A stretch of DNA of 64,000 bases, taken from Laetmonice hystrix (lineage: Eukaryota). Below, in pieces: positions 25,307 to 37,880 of the stretch. The position numbers and the translations under genes are program-made. How positions within the stretch are numbered: the first letter of the stretch is position 1; each line of letters opens with the position of its first letter. The notes under the pieces were generated by a model. It saw nothing but the letters and a program-made list of their open reading frames with translations, ran no database searches and had not been told where the DNA came from. The DNA is taken from NCBI GenBank assembly GCA_965235115.1, contig OZ249441.1:10168001-10232000 (forward strand), read 5' to 3'.

Positions 25307-26272
25307 CAGTGGTCCCCCTCATAAGCGACCACCCCTACTGCAGAGAGAAAGTGGTCGCTAGTGGCGGGTGGTCGCCTAAACGAGGGGTTGTTAAGTACGC
25401 ATGGTTACCACCAGGTGGCTACATATGAGATAACTACACAGAGTTAACACTAGGTGGCGACTTCTCAGAGGGAGGGGACAAAGAGGGGGGCACGTATGGA
25501 GTTATTCTTGCCAAATAACCCCCCCCCCCCCCCCCCACATGACAACATGACACAGTTTCAGTTTAGACAGTTTAGAGAGACAATAAATATTTAATTTTAT
25601 TTAAAGAAAGACTCCAGTCTTGTCTGTTTCATTTCATTTACCGTATTTACCGTTTTTCTAGACTTTTCTTTTAGCAAGTCTTGCAGTTTGTAATGTGTCC
25701 AGCAATAGAGATTGAATCTGAATGGTGACTGATCCTGGTCAGACGGCATATATGTAGGAAATCGTACTCTGCACCTGTGTATACATGAGTCTGGTTTGCC
25801 TCAGACATTTTGTTGCTTCAACCAGCCAGTTGGTGACATACCGTTTTTTCAACAGGCATGGTAGTAGGAGGGGGAGCAAAACCGTTAGCTTAAAGTGTGA
25901 TGGAAGGTTGGGCCGTGTGATGGAAGTCGGGCGGGTAAGGTGAGACACGTGGCCGGCCATTGTGGGATAGAAGTGGGTTGGGGGGGGGGAGGGGAAGGGC
26001 GGTGTTGGTGTTGGGTCAGCAGGGTGCCAGGCAGGCGGGCATGGGGAGACAAGTGTTATGACTAGCCACGGCTGGCTGATTCTCAAAGGCTGGTCGCTGA
26101 TAAGGGGTGACCGGTGGAGTTGATGCAGGGATATGCCGGTCGCTGGTCGTTAGTGCCGGGTGGTCGCTTATAAGGGTGGAATTATAGTGTGAAGTGGTTA
26201 ATGCAATGGAAATGTGGTCGCTAGAGGCGGGTGGTCGCTTATAAGGGGTGGTCTTTAAGAGGGGGACCACTG
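25307..26272. mobile_element. Non-autonomous Tc1/mariner (pogo/Tigger-like) element, 966 bp
   Basis: TA|CAGTGGTCCCCCTC...GAGGGGGACCACTG|TA: perfect 14-bp TIR with TA TSD. Subterminal GTGGTCGCT repeats at both ends. No intact transposase. Confidence 0.88.
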
Positions 26273-27127
26273 TATTTCCTAGAGTTTGATGTTCTGGCTT
26301 AATGGTCACAGGTGAAAACCCCCCTACTTCCCCACCTTGACAAAATTAATATGAAGCAGTCACATATTAATATCACATGACATATAGCTACATTATAGTG
26401 CCACATTTGATCAATTTCCACCTTCTCCAATTTCAGCTGAGAAATGAACACAGACAGGATCAGTAAGAAATGCACACACAGGCTGATAGTGGTCAGAATT
26501 TATAGACTGGTAAGTGGTCGCTTTAATTTCACTACCTGAGAGCCTGCACTATTGACACATCCATGGCAGTGTTTGTCTAAATACACCCACTCCCTGCAGT
26601 TTTCAGTTCCTGGCACTCCCTACCAATGGACGGTAATAAAACAGACCCGTTCTTATCTGAGAACCAATCAAGGCAGCAGGAGTGGCCCTCAATACTTAGA
26701 TAATACGTCAGCAGTGTAGCAGTGTTTACAACTACAAATATAAAGCTGAATCATAGTGTATGTAAATTGTAGAGTAGTCTGAACTCCTAGTACTTGGTAA
26801 GAACCATTCAAGATGATTGTTATCTGACACAGAGCCATATATCAAGTATGTACAGCACTGCCCTCTCACAACTACATGTGAACACCAAACAGAATATTAC
26901 TAGAGTGCACTGGCACGCATTGAAATTAACAGAAGGCCGGGGCTCCCAAAACTCTCCTATACATTTTTGGGGTTATATCAAGTGGTTATATTTTCAAGAA
27001 AACCCAGATGTAGCTTTGAAAGTGGTCAACAGTCTCCCTGATGACTAGAATCTAGAATCATTAAATACAGTCTCAGACATGGTTGGCAGTTCTATTCCCA
27101 TACCATACATCTACGATGTAGTGGATA

Positions 27128-27287
27128 CAGGAGTTGAAATTTAAGGATTTTCCCAAGGAAGCAAATATGCCAATAATTGCTTCCAAAAATAGGGTTTACA
27201 ATAGTATAACACTCCACCTTCAGGGAAGCAATTCATGATCTTAGGGAAGCAAATTGCTTAATAGCTTCTGATAATTTTGATCCCTTG
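27128..27287. mobile_element. Degenerate MITE
   Basis: CAGGAGTTGAAATT...AATTTTGATCCCTTG imperfect termini. Internal GGAAGCAA / TTGCTTCC motifs. Confidence 0.35.
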
Positions 27288-29699
27288 AGTTTGACTTGTG
27301 AGGCTCACATAAGATTAAAATGTATTGATACTGACTGCATACTTATAAGCAAAAAAGGTGTCAAGATTCAAACTGTATTATTGACATAAAGATAAGCCAT
27401 AATCGCAGCAAAACTTTAAATGATAAAGCCCTGGCCCCCGTCGAACCCCGCGTGTCACCATCACCTGGCACTTGTTTCATGTTATAATAAACAATAGACC
27501 TATAAACAAGAAAAACCTCGTATATTTTGCTTGTTATGATCTACAGAAAATACAAGCTTCATATTAGCATTATTTTACGTGTTAGGTGTTCAAAACAGTC
27601 CGCTGATCACACATGATGTCACAGTTTCCCTGACCCTCAGCCAATCAGAAATGTTAAGATGTCTTAGTATCACAAACCGGGCCCCCCATCACCAAGTTTC
27701 CATGGTTTCTGTGCCTGTGGCTGTGTGTCTGATCACCATTTCCCACGACCATGTTATCTTGCCCATGAGACCAACCATCCTTGCTTACTGGCCAGAGTGA
27801 CGGGCCACACTCGCCCTCAACCCCCGCCCCGTTCTTGTTCAGTCAACCAACACTGCCATAGGTAAGTTGTAGTAATAATGTAATGCCGTAATGGTAATAC
27901 TCCCAGACAAAGTCAGTACACAGTCTCACCACCATGGAACCATGGCCATGCTCACGGTATGCTCACTGACTCGGCCAGCCAGCATCCGTGGCTCATCAAC
28001 AAAAAGGCCCAAACTACTACCGCACTCTCACTTTGCCTTCCTCAAATCTACAATACATCCTGCACATTTACACATTATCAACTACCATGCCCTACATCAC
28101 GCTGTCTTATGTTATCGCGGGTGATTTTGGCATTAATTTGGCAGAACATAATTGACAACGTTACTGACCGACCCTCGTGACCTACTTCCTCAGTCAGTCT
28201 CCGTGGGCGTGAGGACTCCATGTAAAATGCTAACTGTCCACGCTGTGACCGTCAGACCGGGTCCCTGGAAGGTGCACATATTCAGATACTCACTGCATTC
28301 GCTAACCCATGGATCCACGACTACATGGCCGAAAAAAAACAGGTGCTTTCACCGCATACAAACGAACATAACGGTATTCGAAATTTTGACTCGACCCGGA
28401 AATGAATGACGGGGAGCGGTTCGTATCTGTAATAGCTCTGACCCCGGCAGGGGAAGAGTCCATTTCTCAAAGCGACTTCTTGTTCCTGAATACTTGTGTA
28501 CAAGACAGTCTCTTATAATCTGTCTACGTAATTTATCATTGTTTCTTATAGCGCAGGACATATTTTAGGTAAATTTGTGTCTCTAGTAGAGATTAGCCGA
28601 TACTGTGTAGACTGTATTGTATGCCCAACTATACTAACTATACTGTCTATAGTATAGCTATAGGCCTACAAATTATGTGGCTGACTTGAAAAGAGTTTCT
28701 GATCATGTTTGGTGGGCGTTGGGTGGGCTTAGGCCCGAATTATAAAAGGAACAAGGCGACTTAAATTAAAATATTAACCCCACTTTTCTAATCTCGAAGT
28801 AAATGGAGCTTCCTGTACCGATTTGGCTGTAGAAAGAAATCAAGAAAGTTGGCCTTGGATAGATAAATAAATTCCAACCATCAACAAGGAAAAGAAAAGA
28901 TGGAAGAGAAAAATTATGATTTAAATCTTGCCACCCTCGCCAGCTTTCTCGGTCTGCGGAGTATTGTGGGACACACAAGGAGCAATAAATATTAAAGTTC
29001 CAATGACGTGAATGCCCCCAGCCAACCACAGCGCACGTCATCATGAGCTTGCAACCCCTGGATCCCTGAGCCGTCCGTCCGTCCCCGCCCGGCGGTCCCG
29101 CGCCACCGCTCGGTGGAGCACCACGGCAAGCCACAGCCCGCTGCTGCCACCTAGCGGGGAAAATATCCCAATACTCATGTTGTACATGGACATGTGTAGA
29201 ACTCATTCCTGTTGGTCCTCGCAACATGAACTGTTAACGCCGGTAACACGGGTTCAGATTTCCATAAGATAACCGTTTGTCAGAACTATATCAATACATG
29301 TATGTTTACTTCCATCTGGACTTTGTAAAAAGATATGTGTGGCCATCGGATGCAAGGATAGCATAAACGTGTCTTCAGCGTTAATAACAAACCCCAATCT
29401 TCTTCACTTGTCATCTTTTATTTCCAGCATAAAATCGGAACAAGAGCCGAGTTGAATACACGTGATTGAAGTAGATACCGTCAGTTTTCACAGCGCAGTC
29501 CTATATAAATACGCACATGGTGTCCACATGACTGTAGGATGTTCTAGTAGGCCTACACATCCAAACATCAATAAAGGAACTCGTCGTTACCTCACACAAC
29601 AACTTTGCTATAGAAATTACAAATAGGCCTATAATCTTCATGAATGTTTACTGTAAGCGCGACTACTTCAGGAGGTTTAATTTCCGGGACTGCGAGACT

Positions 29700-30017
29700 A
29701 GAATAATAACCTGATGCTGAACAGTTCCAGGGTTATGATGACCATGGGCAAGCCGGGGTTTCCCAGAATAATAACCTGACCCTGAACAGTTCCAAGGTTA
29801 TGATGACCATGGGCAAGCCGGGGTTTCCCAGAATAATAACCTGACCCTGAACAGTGTCAGGGTTATGATGACCATGGACAAGCCGGGGTTTCCCAGAATA
29901 ATAACCTGACCCTGAACAGTTCCAGGGTTATGATGACCATGGGCAAGCCGGGGTTTCCCAGAATAATAACCTGACCCTGAACAGTTCCAGGGTTATGATG
30001 ACCATGGACAAGCCCGG
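29700..30017. repeat. 65-bp minisatellite (5 copies, last partial)
   Basis: GAATAATAAC recurs at 29701, 29766, 29831, 29896, 29961. Confidence 0.92.
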
Positions 30018-30185
30018 CAGGGGCGTAGCCGGGGGGGGGGGGGGGCGAAGGGGGCCTTGCCCCCCCCCCCCCAATCTTACCCCAGTAAAGATTGAACTTT
30101 CATTATACAAACACCAAATGGTATTTAAAAAGTGTGCCACTGGTGTCTCGGGCCCCCTCCTCAGGAAATCCTGGCTACACCCCTG
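30018..30185. mobile_element. CAGGGGCG-type MITE at the end of a 65-bp array
   Basis: CAGGGGCGTAGCC...GGCTACACCCCTG TIRs with internal poly-G/poly-C. No clean TSD. Confidence 0.7.
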
Positions 30186-31786
30186 TCCGGGTTTCCGTAC
30201 CATCCAACACTGGCCTCAGACAAAACAAAAAACAAAATCATTTCCGGAGAGTCTGCATCACACGAATTTTACAAAGTACATATCGTACCGTATCTCTCGT
30301 CGATAACTCTCTCAGACTTTCCTGAATCAGCTCGAATTACCTGCACTTGAGCTTGCCTCAAATGCAACAAGTTTTTCTCTGAGGAAGACACCATGGGCCA
30401 TACCACCCGTACGTATTATAGCAACTGTTCTTGGGGTAGGGCCTAAGTACTTTTGGTGGAAACAATGATATGTCTAGAACAGGAACAAAATCTGTACCAC
30501 ACATACTGACAATAGTGATTCCACTTGTGACTCAGACTGTGGTATATCTGCACCCTGTCGTGTAAACTACACGTGTGTAAGTAAGCGATTCATGGGACAA
30601 CTACATTGTATTGGCCAATGATGTCCAATAAAAACTTCCGTCCTTCTTTGGCAGAGTTGAGCCTCTATCATTTAGGAGTCAACCGTTCCTTTGGCAGAGA
30701 CTGAGAGGTACCTGATATAAGAAGGTACCTAATGTAGACAGACACCCGTGAATACACTACTGAGTATGTCGTGAGCGCACCAAATGCTTTGAGGGTACCA
30801 ACTTTACACAACACCCCCACCCCTCCCCCGGAATTTATCAACATCTTCCGTGAATAATATTATTCATGTAAACAACTGCATGCTGAGTTATGCAGTGCAG
30901 TGTACCTCATTATTACTGGTAAAACTATTGAAAACGAGACACAGCGCAACATTATTATGAAGCCATTTCAATATGCAAATGTACCCTTTTTCAGTGTGCC
31001 ACTATCAGCACCAGGAAATTTAAAGACCTACTTTTGTCTTTCACATTTTTAAAAGCTCTTCCATACCTATGCACAATAATATACCAACCCATCAGAGTAA
31101 ACAAAAACAACTTAAAACATTGTTATCAATACAGACACAGATGGGCTATGGACGAAGTCTTCATTACTATGTACACACAATGAGTATACAAAATACGTAA
31201 AAACGCGATTTAAAATCCAACAAAATGCAAAAAAAAAAATCTGAGCTAGGCAGTAAAAGTATATCTGACCGTTTGTCGTGGATGTGTCACACTAAGTAAA
31301 CATGTTTCCAATGGTTGGCGGGAACAGCCCAATCGCTATGAGCGAACTTTTCACTAAGGTCACATTCGTTTATCAAAAACAGCCAGGTGGCCTCGGCCTT
31401 CCATCAGACCTAAGTTTGTCAATCTTAAACTGCCTCTGGTCGATCACACTAACTGACCCTAAGTTTGTCAATCTTTTCTTGGTCATACTAACTACCCATA
31501 AGTCTGTCAATCTTAGACTGGCTCAGGGCGACCATATCATAAACAGATATGCGTTTTCTGTACTTGCTATGTAAATTTAACAGATATGAGTAAGCTAGTT
31601 GAAACTGAAAAACACAGGGGTAGTAACTGTGATGTAACAGTTTTTGGCAACAGTTTTTTTTACTGAAATGGTGGCATTTGAAGATATGACAAACGCCACC
31701 AGAATCAGAGACCTTTTGGCCGAGACCCATGGATTTGGCTACGTATTCAGCTTCATGATACACACCCCTGTACAGTCTGTACTCTA

Positions 31787-31930
31787 GGCCTAGTTTCTCG
31801 AAAATACTTAAGTCTGAGTTTCACTCAATTCTACCCAAAAGAACGTTTTTAGCCAATGTGAATCCTTCATTTCCTGAGTTGAGTAGATTTGAGTGAAACT
31901 CAGACTTAAGTATTTTCGAGAAACCGGGCC
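31787..31930. mobile_element. PIF/Harbinger-like MITE (144 bp)
   Basis: ~42-bp near-perfect inverted repeat GGCC(TA/CG)GTTTCTCGAAAATACTTAAGTCTGAGTTTCACTCAA with 3-bp direct CTA flanks. Confidence 0.8.
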
Positions 31931-33367
31931 CTAGTGTCGTTTAAAACGCACACACAGAATCTGTTCCCTCACGCTCTGGGAGGAACTTTTTCAGAAGTGG
32001 AGAATCACAAACTATCGACATTCACCGACACAATACAAATTCTACTCCACCCAACATTCTGCTTACACTTCCTCACACACCGAGTCTGTTTCTGAGATAT
32101 GGACCCCTGTCCAGTCATCGGTTTCTGACACATTGTCCCATTGAGAGTCATCGCTTTCTGACGCCTTGCCACATTGACAGTTATCGCTTTCTGACACTTT
32201 GTGCCATTCACAGTCATCGCTTTCTGACACCCTATTCAGTCACCCCTTTCTGACACGCTATGCCACTGAGAACCTTAGGCCCCATACACCTCTCTTCACA
32301 AAAGCCATGGGGTACAAAGTCAGGGGATAATTTACTTCAGAAGAATTGAGTCGCAGTGACTGCTACTCAGAAGGGATTTGAATAGCAATTCATTGCAAAG
32401 CATACTGTTTTTGAATCGCAAAGCGATACTGGGTAAATTATGCCCTGAAAGTTTTGAGCGAGATTCAGAACTTTACAACTGTAATTCTTTATTTACCTGT
32501 CTACCACAAGTAGGTGTTCAATGAAGACATTGCCTCCTTCCTTAATCAGGATTATAGCATATTTTGGAACCCAGAAATGGGACCTTGACTCTTACCTTAA
32601 GTTGGCAGTACAAGTAAAACTAACAATAAGCCATTTAGATTTAATATCTTGGTACAATAATTTAGCTGGCCTGACTGTTAGTCTTTGGTTGAATGACATG
32701 ACCCCGTGGTCACAAATGGGATATTTCAACATTAATGTTCTTTCACAGATTTACAACTCCACACACATATCACCTATCATCACACTTAATATGCAGTTCT
32801 CATCTACTCACTTTAGAAAAATTCAGAATTTGATAATACATGTCCTTGTGTACCTTTATGACACTAACAATAAAGTGTATTACAAACACAACAAACATAA
32901 CATCTGTTCACTAGCAAAAATCTATCATTGTTCTGCTGAAAACAATAAAATAAAGTGAAAATGATGATGGCAGTTCTGCTTTTGATTCCATCAATAAGCA
33001 GGTCGTACAACAGCGGTAAATGACATAGACCTACAACAATCAAATACTAAGTGTCATATTTAGCTAATACTGTAGTAGGGTAGTCTAAGCAGCATAATAA
33101 ATTACCTATGATTACAATCTTGCTACAATGTTCCATTACCTTGGTCAGGAAAGGTAGAATTTAAATAACATGAAAATGTTTTCATTGATTTTCTGACACT
33201 TTCACAAGATGAAATAGATATTTCTAACATGAAAGCGGTGATAACTTAAGTCATCTGTAGCCTACTGATACAATGATCCAGCAAGCCGATACTGGGGACG
33301 TCTGAAATTCACCTAATGTCCAGAGGGTCCTTCATCCAATGCCCCTTTTAAGTCGAGGCGCCCTTTG

Positions 33368-33514
33368 TCAGTGGAATCGATACTGACGAGCTGGTTTCAA
33401 GTTTACAACCGTCTTCTTCTGTTCATCATCGTCATCCTTCTTGATTTCAGTGAACTTTTCTCCCTTTGTACTAACAACTTTGTTATCTAGATAACGTGTC
33501 AGCTTCTTCCCTGC
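33368..33514 (-). CDS. CUEDC2: CUE domain-containing protein 2, last coding exon
   Basis: [21 protein letters not shown]...[12 protein letters not shown], matching the human C-terminus KKLIRYIDNQVVSTKGERF...INLKPARKYRFH. Confidence 0.95.
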   Translation of the reverse strand, partial: AGKKLTRYLDNKVVSTKGEKFTEIKKDDDDEQKKTVVNLKPARQYRFH

Positions 33515-33656
33515 CTGTTATCAAGTATAAACAGATCAATTCTGTAATCAGTATTTCTCACTTGTTTTGTAAGGTTTAAAAAATTAGAAATATGTTCTGA
33601 ATTCAGCAATTATAAACACTATTCAAAATTTAATGACTAACTTTAACGCCACTTAC

Positions 33657-33717
33657 ATATTTAGGCATGACTGGTCGATGTTCTTTCTTATCTTCATCCA
33701 TGTCAACGTAAGAGTAT
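33657..33717 (-). CDS. CUEDC2: CUEDC2 coding exon 7
   Basis: ttgttacag|A TAC...TAT|GTAAGT. YSYVDMDEDKKEHRPVMPKY (human YMMVDSAEDQKIHRPMAPK). Confidence 0.92.
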
Positions 33718-33929
33718 CTGTAACAAATCATAATTTCACCATCAATACTTGTCTAGCATAGCTTACCAAACACTAAAGACCATTTCAAATACTGGCATCA
33801 GATCATCTACAGATACTTGTGTCAGATACATTCAAAAGATTTACTGTCAAAATCAAAGGAAATGAAGACATTCAAACTGGCCACCTTGCTGTTGGACCTC
33901 ACATTATGACACTAATAATTTATTCTTAC

Positions 33930-34006
33930 TTTGAAATAATGCTTTTCTTTAAGTTGTCACCCTCCTTGTCTGACAGTCCTACTTTCTTTGAGCTTTGTCG
34001 ATGTGG
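33930..34006 (-). CDS. CUEDC2: CUEDC2 coding exon 6
   Basis: ttttttacag|CCA...TCAAA|GTAAGA. PHRQSSKKVGLSDKEGDNLKKSIISK. Confidence 0.88.
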
Positions 34007-34598
34007 CTGTAAAAAAATTAAAAATTTTTTTTGGCAATATACAGAGTCAGCAGTCAATGGTGTATGGGGGGGGGGGGGGGGCACGCTGGGCAATAGCTGC
34101 CCAAGTTCTTGGGTTGTCAATGACAGATCAAAACCAAGCATAATCTCGGGCCACAGAGCTGCTGATACACTCAGGGCAGAAAGATTAATATATGGATACA
34201 TGTATATGAAATACAGAATAAAACAAAAATGTTTGACTATGTAAGATCATCAATATATGTTTACATGTAGATGAAATGTACAGGGGTGCTCAAGTGAAGG
34301 AGATAAAGCCTGAACTTTTCTGGTGTAACTTGGGGAGTGTGTGGGCAGGGTGTCCCAAGCTATATACTTTTTGATATGAAAAAGCCAGAAATCTGGCAAA
34401 ACCTGATAAATCACAGGCCTGAATGTAGAATTTTTCTGTTTTAAAGGTTAGACTAGCCATCTTCTCACAAAGTATGTGTAATGTAATTTTATTGGAGATA
34501 ATGACATTTTTTCTCTCCTATTTGCATGTATACTGTTTTCACTAATTGCTATAAAGACCCAGGTCCACTTCAGGATGTTGGAGAGATATTATGCATAC

Positions 34599-34775
34599 CT
34601 TGGGAGGTGTTGCGTTGATACTCTCGCCAGCCTCCTGACGATGGAGGATGAGCTGAGCAGCAGATTCCAGGTTACCATGAGACAAGGTCAGACAGTGAGA
34701 AACTTCCATGACACATGAGGCTGGGAACATCTCCATCAGCAGTTGGACCTCATCACTATCATCATGGAAACCATT
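34599..34775 (-). CDS. CUEDC2: CUEDC2 coding exon 5 (CUE domain)
   Basis: tgtttgtag|AAT...AAG|GTATGC. EVQLLMEMFPASCVMEVSHCLTLSHGNLESAAQLIL is a CUE domain pattern (FP motif). Confidence 0.92.
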
Positions 34776-35351
34776 CTACAAACAGCAAACACAAGAAGCT
34801 GTTAGTGCACACACCTTTAGCCTGCCTCACCTGTTTGTGCTTAGTAAATATGGGCACAGATTTTGGGTTCTCATCTCAAGGCAAGTATGCCTTTTTTCAA
34901 TCCACTGCCATGATGTCCATCGTACTCCAGGGCCCAGTTTTTTGGTTGAGGTTTGAGACAAAAACCTCATTTCAAGCTCACCTCACTGAGAATGAGATTG
35001 TCTCAGTCTCAACACTGCGTTTTTTAGTCACGTTTCATCTCAGGCTCTACTACACTGCTACAGGCTTACATATTATTTAAGCCTATGTTGTTGCCTGCTC
35101 GATTTTAGGCCTATTCAAAGGAAAGACAGTTTACTTTGATTTAGTACATTAGGCCCTACTGTGGACATGTGGCTATGCCTACATGTGTCGAGATATGGCT
35201 TGGCTTATTTTATGGTTATGGTTATTTGGATTGCAAGTATTCTGTTCTTTCTAGCTTTGAACTATCCACCGAAATGGCACCCAGCAAACAGGAGCCTCAA
35301 CTTTTGCACACCCTGAAACAAGCTGGACAAAATCATGAAGCCCAAACTGAC

Positions 35352-35536
35352 CTCGATGGGCACTGCCTCGGCTCCTGCACACTGAGCCTCGCGTTCTGAT
35401 GATCGACGTGACCTTCTCTGCTTGCCTTCCTTAATGGTTCCCTTCGAGGTATATTTGTGGGCTAGGGTAGACTCTGGTGCTGATGAAGTGGACTTCTCAG
35501 GGGTTCTTGGAATCATCTGAGGCAACGAGGCAGGGC
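35352..35536 (-). CDS. CUEDC2: CUEDC2 coding exon 4 (linker)
   Basis: ttttacacag|GC...GAG|GTCAGT. Open frame with phases 1 and 0 consistent with neighbours. Confidence 0.82.
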
Positions 35537-35639
35537 CTGTGTAAAAACCAAAACATGTCATAGTTTATTGTCTGAGAACAATTAGAATATAAAGATTTTT
35601 TTGTGGAACTTGTTCATTCAACACAGGAAGTGTACGTAC

Positions 35640-35707
35640 CTCTTGCCTTACCATCACCATCACGCAGACGTGCAGCCAACTCAAATACCCATTCACAAAC
35701 CTTTGAG
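35640..35707 (-). CDS. CUEDC2: CUEDC2 coding exon 3
   Basis: ctgttacag|C TCA...AGA G|GTACGT. SKVCEWVFELAARLRDGDGKAR, phases 2 and 1. Confidence 0.85.
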
Positions 35708-36039
35708 CTGTAACAGTGACGAGAACCAGTGTATATAATCTATGGGTCAATGGGTACATAGTATACAAATAACAACCAGACTACTTGGATCACCTCTTTC
35801 TTTGTACACCCATAGGCTTTTAACTAATTTAAAGGAGAATATTTTTAAGGGGAGTTCAAATTGAAATGGGAAATCTCAGAGCTGTGACAATCCACCACCT
35901 CACCCCCACATAATGACAGAGAACCCCACCCCAACATAATGACAGATCTAATACAAATTATGTGGTTCACTCTCTGTCTTCCAGGTATCTGTCCCATCAG
36001 GTAAGCTCAAAGACTTAAATCAGTTGATACTATACGTAC

Positions 36040-36183
36040 CTGTCCACTGATGAGAAACCGGGGAGATAGGCCTCCATCATCTCAATAAAACCATCCAGAT
36101 CAAAGCCCTCATCAGCCGAGCTGTCTATGCCTAGGTCTTCCAGGATACTCACCATATACATCAGTACAATCTCATCTATTCCA
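36040..36183 (-). CDS. CUEDC2: CUEDC2 coding exon 2
   Basis: GIDEIVLMYMVSILEDLG...FDLDGFIEMMEAYLPGF (human GLDEVIFSYVLGVLEDLG...FDMEAFTEMMEAYVPGF). Confidence 0.93.
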
Positions 36184-36434
36184 CTGAAATTAAACGAACA
36201 CGACCACCTCCTGTCACAACCACACTCATCAATCATACGTATACTCTCCAACTTGTCTGGTCATAACATCTTGCCTGTCACATCAAATCAAATTCACCTA
36301 ATCTTTTTTTTAAAGAATCAACTACCAGGTACCTGGTAGTTCCATTCCAAAGGCTTAGAATTATACTTTTACATTTAACTTTAACAGATTGATACCTATT
36401 ATTGGATTACCATACTTCTCTTTGTACAGTTTAC

Positions 36435-36514
36435 CTGATAGCTTCCTCAGCTGAATGTTTCCGTAGGAAGTCAGAGAGGGCTTCTTTCAGCATTGATTCA
36501 TGGCCAGCCATCAT
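36435..36514 (-). CDS. CUEDC2: CUEDC2 first coding exon
   Basis: MMAGHESMLKEALSDFLRKHSAEEAI plus AG|GTAAAC. Acceptor at 36531-36532 implies a 5' UTR exon upstream. The 8 exons total 939 nt (312 aa plus stop). Confidence 0.88.
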
Positions 36515-37149
36515 CCTGTGTACCTGCACACTGTCAAAACGAAGTCTAGGATCCTTCCAAGAACTCTCAGGACTATATAACCTACAGTGAATTAAAATCC
36601 AGTCATACAATTATCAAATATTGGAATTAATATGAAATGGCATATAAGGTAATAATTACAAATGATAAAAGTAATAATAATATTAGCCATATAAATTGCA
36701 TCAAGAAAACAACAATTTAAAAGTTTACTTCGGTTCCTAACTATGAGATCGACAATTTTCACAATTTCCTCTTTTTTTAAAGGTAGTGTATATTTAGTTG
36801 GCATTTGGTGGGGGCATGTGATCATCAAGCTTCACTCCTATTCAGTTGGATAATGCTCTACCGCTAAATAGCTGACTATCCAATTAACACCTAATTAACA
36901 CCCAATTTGAGACCAAAATAAAACTAACCCTAGGGCTGACCCTTCCTAATCCAAGTCATTTGTTTGGATTTCGTAATTAGTCAAACTAAGATCATCCTTT
37001 TTAGCTGTTGCCTGCTATAACAGTAGTATTAACACGTTAACTGTTAATATAAATACAAATTTCCTTTTTAAAAATCGTATTTGTCCCTCATCACACTGTA
37101 AACAAGAAGATAATCTAGATCTAGGTCTACAAAGAATAAGTTCAAGTTG

Positions 37150-37600
37150 CTCCAATCACTGCATACTCGGATGGCTTATAATCCAGCTCGGCTAGCGCGC
37201 CCTCAGAGATAATCTGTCCACGTTACCACGGATTGTCCTACCCGTGGTGGTTCGGTTCTACCACGGAGCGCCAGCAACCAAGCCTGCACCAGCCTCCGGC
37301 CTCCCTAGCCATCGGCATCACTACGACGTGTGTCGATCGTCATTCTAGGCTCGCGTTGTCCCCATCTGTTCGATATTCTCCGGCATTAATACAGACTGTA
37401 TCCTTACGTAAACAATTACTTACCGACCCTAGTTATTGCAGGAGGGGTGGCTGCAGCTGAAGCACAATTATGTTAAATTATTTGTGCTCTTCTCGATGTT
37501 TTCAATCAAACCTCCCCGCTTTCCGGCTCAGCTGGCCATCTGTGACGTCACTTCCGCAAACACCTTGGCTTGGGCCCCTCTCAGCCCACCTCTGACGGTT
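37150..37600 (-). promoter_or_regulatory. CpG-rich CUEDC2 promoter and probable non-coding first exon
   Basis: CpG-dense. TGACGTCACTTCCG (CRE plus ETS) at ~37542-37555. Candidate donor GTCG|GTAAGT near 37420. Confidence 0.55.
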
Positions 37601-37765
37601 TGACAGCGGCACATTATATAACTGTCACTTTCACAGTGTCTGCGAGCTCCCAAATCTCTACATCGCTGTGACATATAGGCCTATTACGCAATACGTACGT
37701 ATATCTATGTAGTAGCCGACGTAGCCGTAGCGTAGGATCAACTGTTGTGCTCGACGGTCTGTGAA

Positions 37766-37880
37766 GCCACCTAGCGGCAATGCTGTTCTCCCGCTAGGGG
37801 CGGTACGCTTCAAAGAATCAAATCGAGAGGGGGCGCCACACACACTCGTAATCTTCAAATCGTGCTCTAGGGTGCGCCAC
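37766..37880. promoter_or_regulatory. Cluster of CTCF-like motifs
   Basis: GCCACCTAGCGG (37766), CCGCTAGGGGCGG (~37790), GAGAGGGGGCGCCA (~37825), CTCTAGGGTGCGCCA (~37866). Confidence 0.45.
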
